Below are positions 63,247 to 64,000 of a DNA stretch of 64,000 bases, one piece after another. The translations under genes were made by a program, and so were the position numbers. The DNA lies in NCBI RefSeq assembly GCF_003918875.1, contig NW_025767414.1:186001-250000 (forward strand). The letters are read 5' to 3'. Numbering within the stretch: position 1 is the stretch's first letter; every line of letters begins with the position of its first letter. Source of the DNA: Haliotis rubra. Its lineage: Eukaryota. The notes beneath the pieces are model-generated. The model made no database searches. It worked only from the letters and a program-made list of their open reading frames with translations, and was not told the DNA's origin.

Positions 63247-64000
63247 TAGCGCAGTATCATACAGGTATCAAGGTGGCTTTACATAACAAACTCATGTTTG
63301 CTAGTTTATGTTAACAAACATAAGTTTGTGTGTGTTAGTGTGTCTGTATGTGAACACTGCAAGGACAATTTGTGACGTTTGACAGAAATAGTATCAGTTA
63401 CCGATATTTTAACCATCATTTTAGTGTTATGTATCTTGATTTTACCAAGATGGTTATCAGACTACTAGACTTGCTCTCAACCAATCAGATGGTAGACATC
63501 ACATGAATTTTACGGACATCTGCTACAAAATTGGATATGTTTGTGTGTGAAAACACAAGCTGGCAGACATTCTGGAGTTAGCCAGCCTGTGTTTGCACAC
63601 TTGGGTTGCCCATGTGAAGCCACCTTCACAGGACATCCTGTACAACACCTATTGGTGCTGGACTCTTGACCATTAAATAGCATTGGTTTATAACACTACA
63701 CTGGACATGAGATCCTTTATCATGAAACAAACATACTTGATTCTATGTCTAAGATTTAGCATCAAGTATGCTCAGAGCTGTGATATATATAAGCATAGAT
63801 GACAACTCCAAGTGTAGGTCCTTCCTCCAAGGAAGACTACATGGGAGACACTGATTCTTGTGATTTGCTAAGGTGTTTGGTTTTGAATTAGAGCTAGTAT
63901 AAATCTGTTATACTATCACAATTTTCAAAACACAAGTATATCTCAAAACTGAAACAAATACTTTACTTGTATTTGGTCCTTGTTTGTAGTCTTGTGTTGG

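Overview
AT-rich, repeat-dense animal genomic DNA with spliceosomal introns; the repeat landscape suggests a gastropod mollusc such as abalone (inference). It contains: (1) two tandem class A (rhodopsin-like) GPCR paralogs, + strand, 4137-5372 and 21377-22612, each with a single coding exon and a 5'-UTR intron; copy 1 has VRY instead of DRY. (2) A complete 8-exon GOSR1/GS28 Golgi SNARE gene, - strand, 46859-35583, whose last intron is U12-type. (3) A head-to-head 4-exon gene, + strand, 49833-60869, for a basic S/T-P-rich protein behind a CCAAT + CDE/CHR cell-cycle promoter; it has one in-frame TAG in exon 2 while the downstream exons stay open and in phase. (4) A truncated pogo/Tigger transposase, about 20 copies or fragments of two SINE-like families sharing a 3' tail, many MITEs, a possible 6-kb element bounded by inverted repeats, about ten minisatellite arrays and one N gap. 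All alignments and counts were done by eye.
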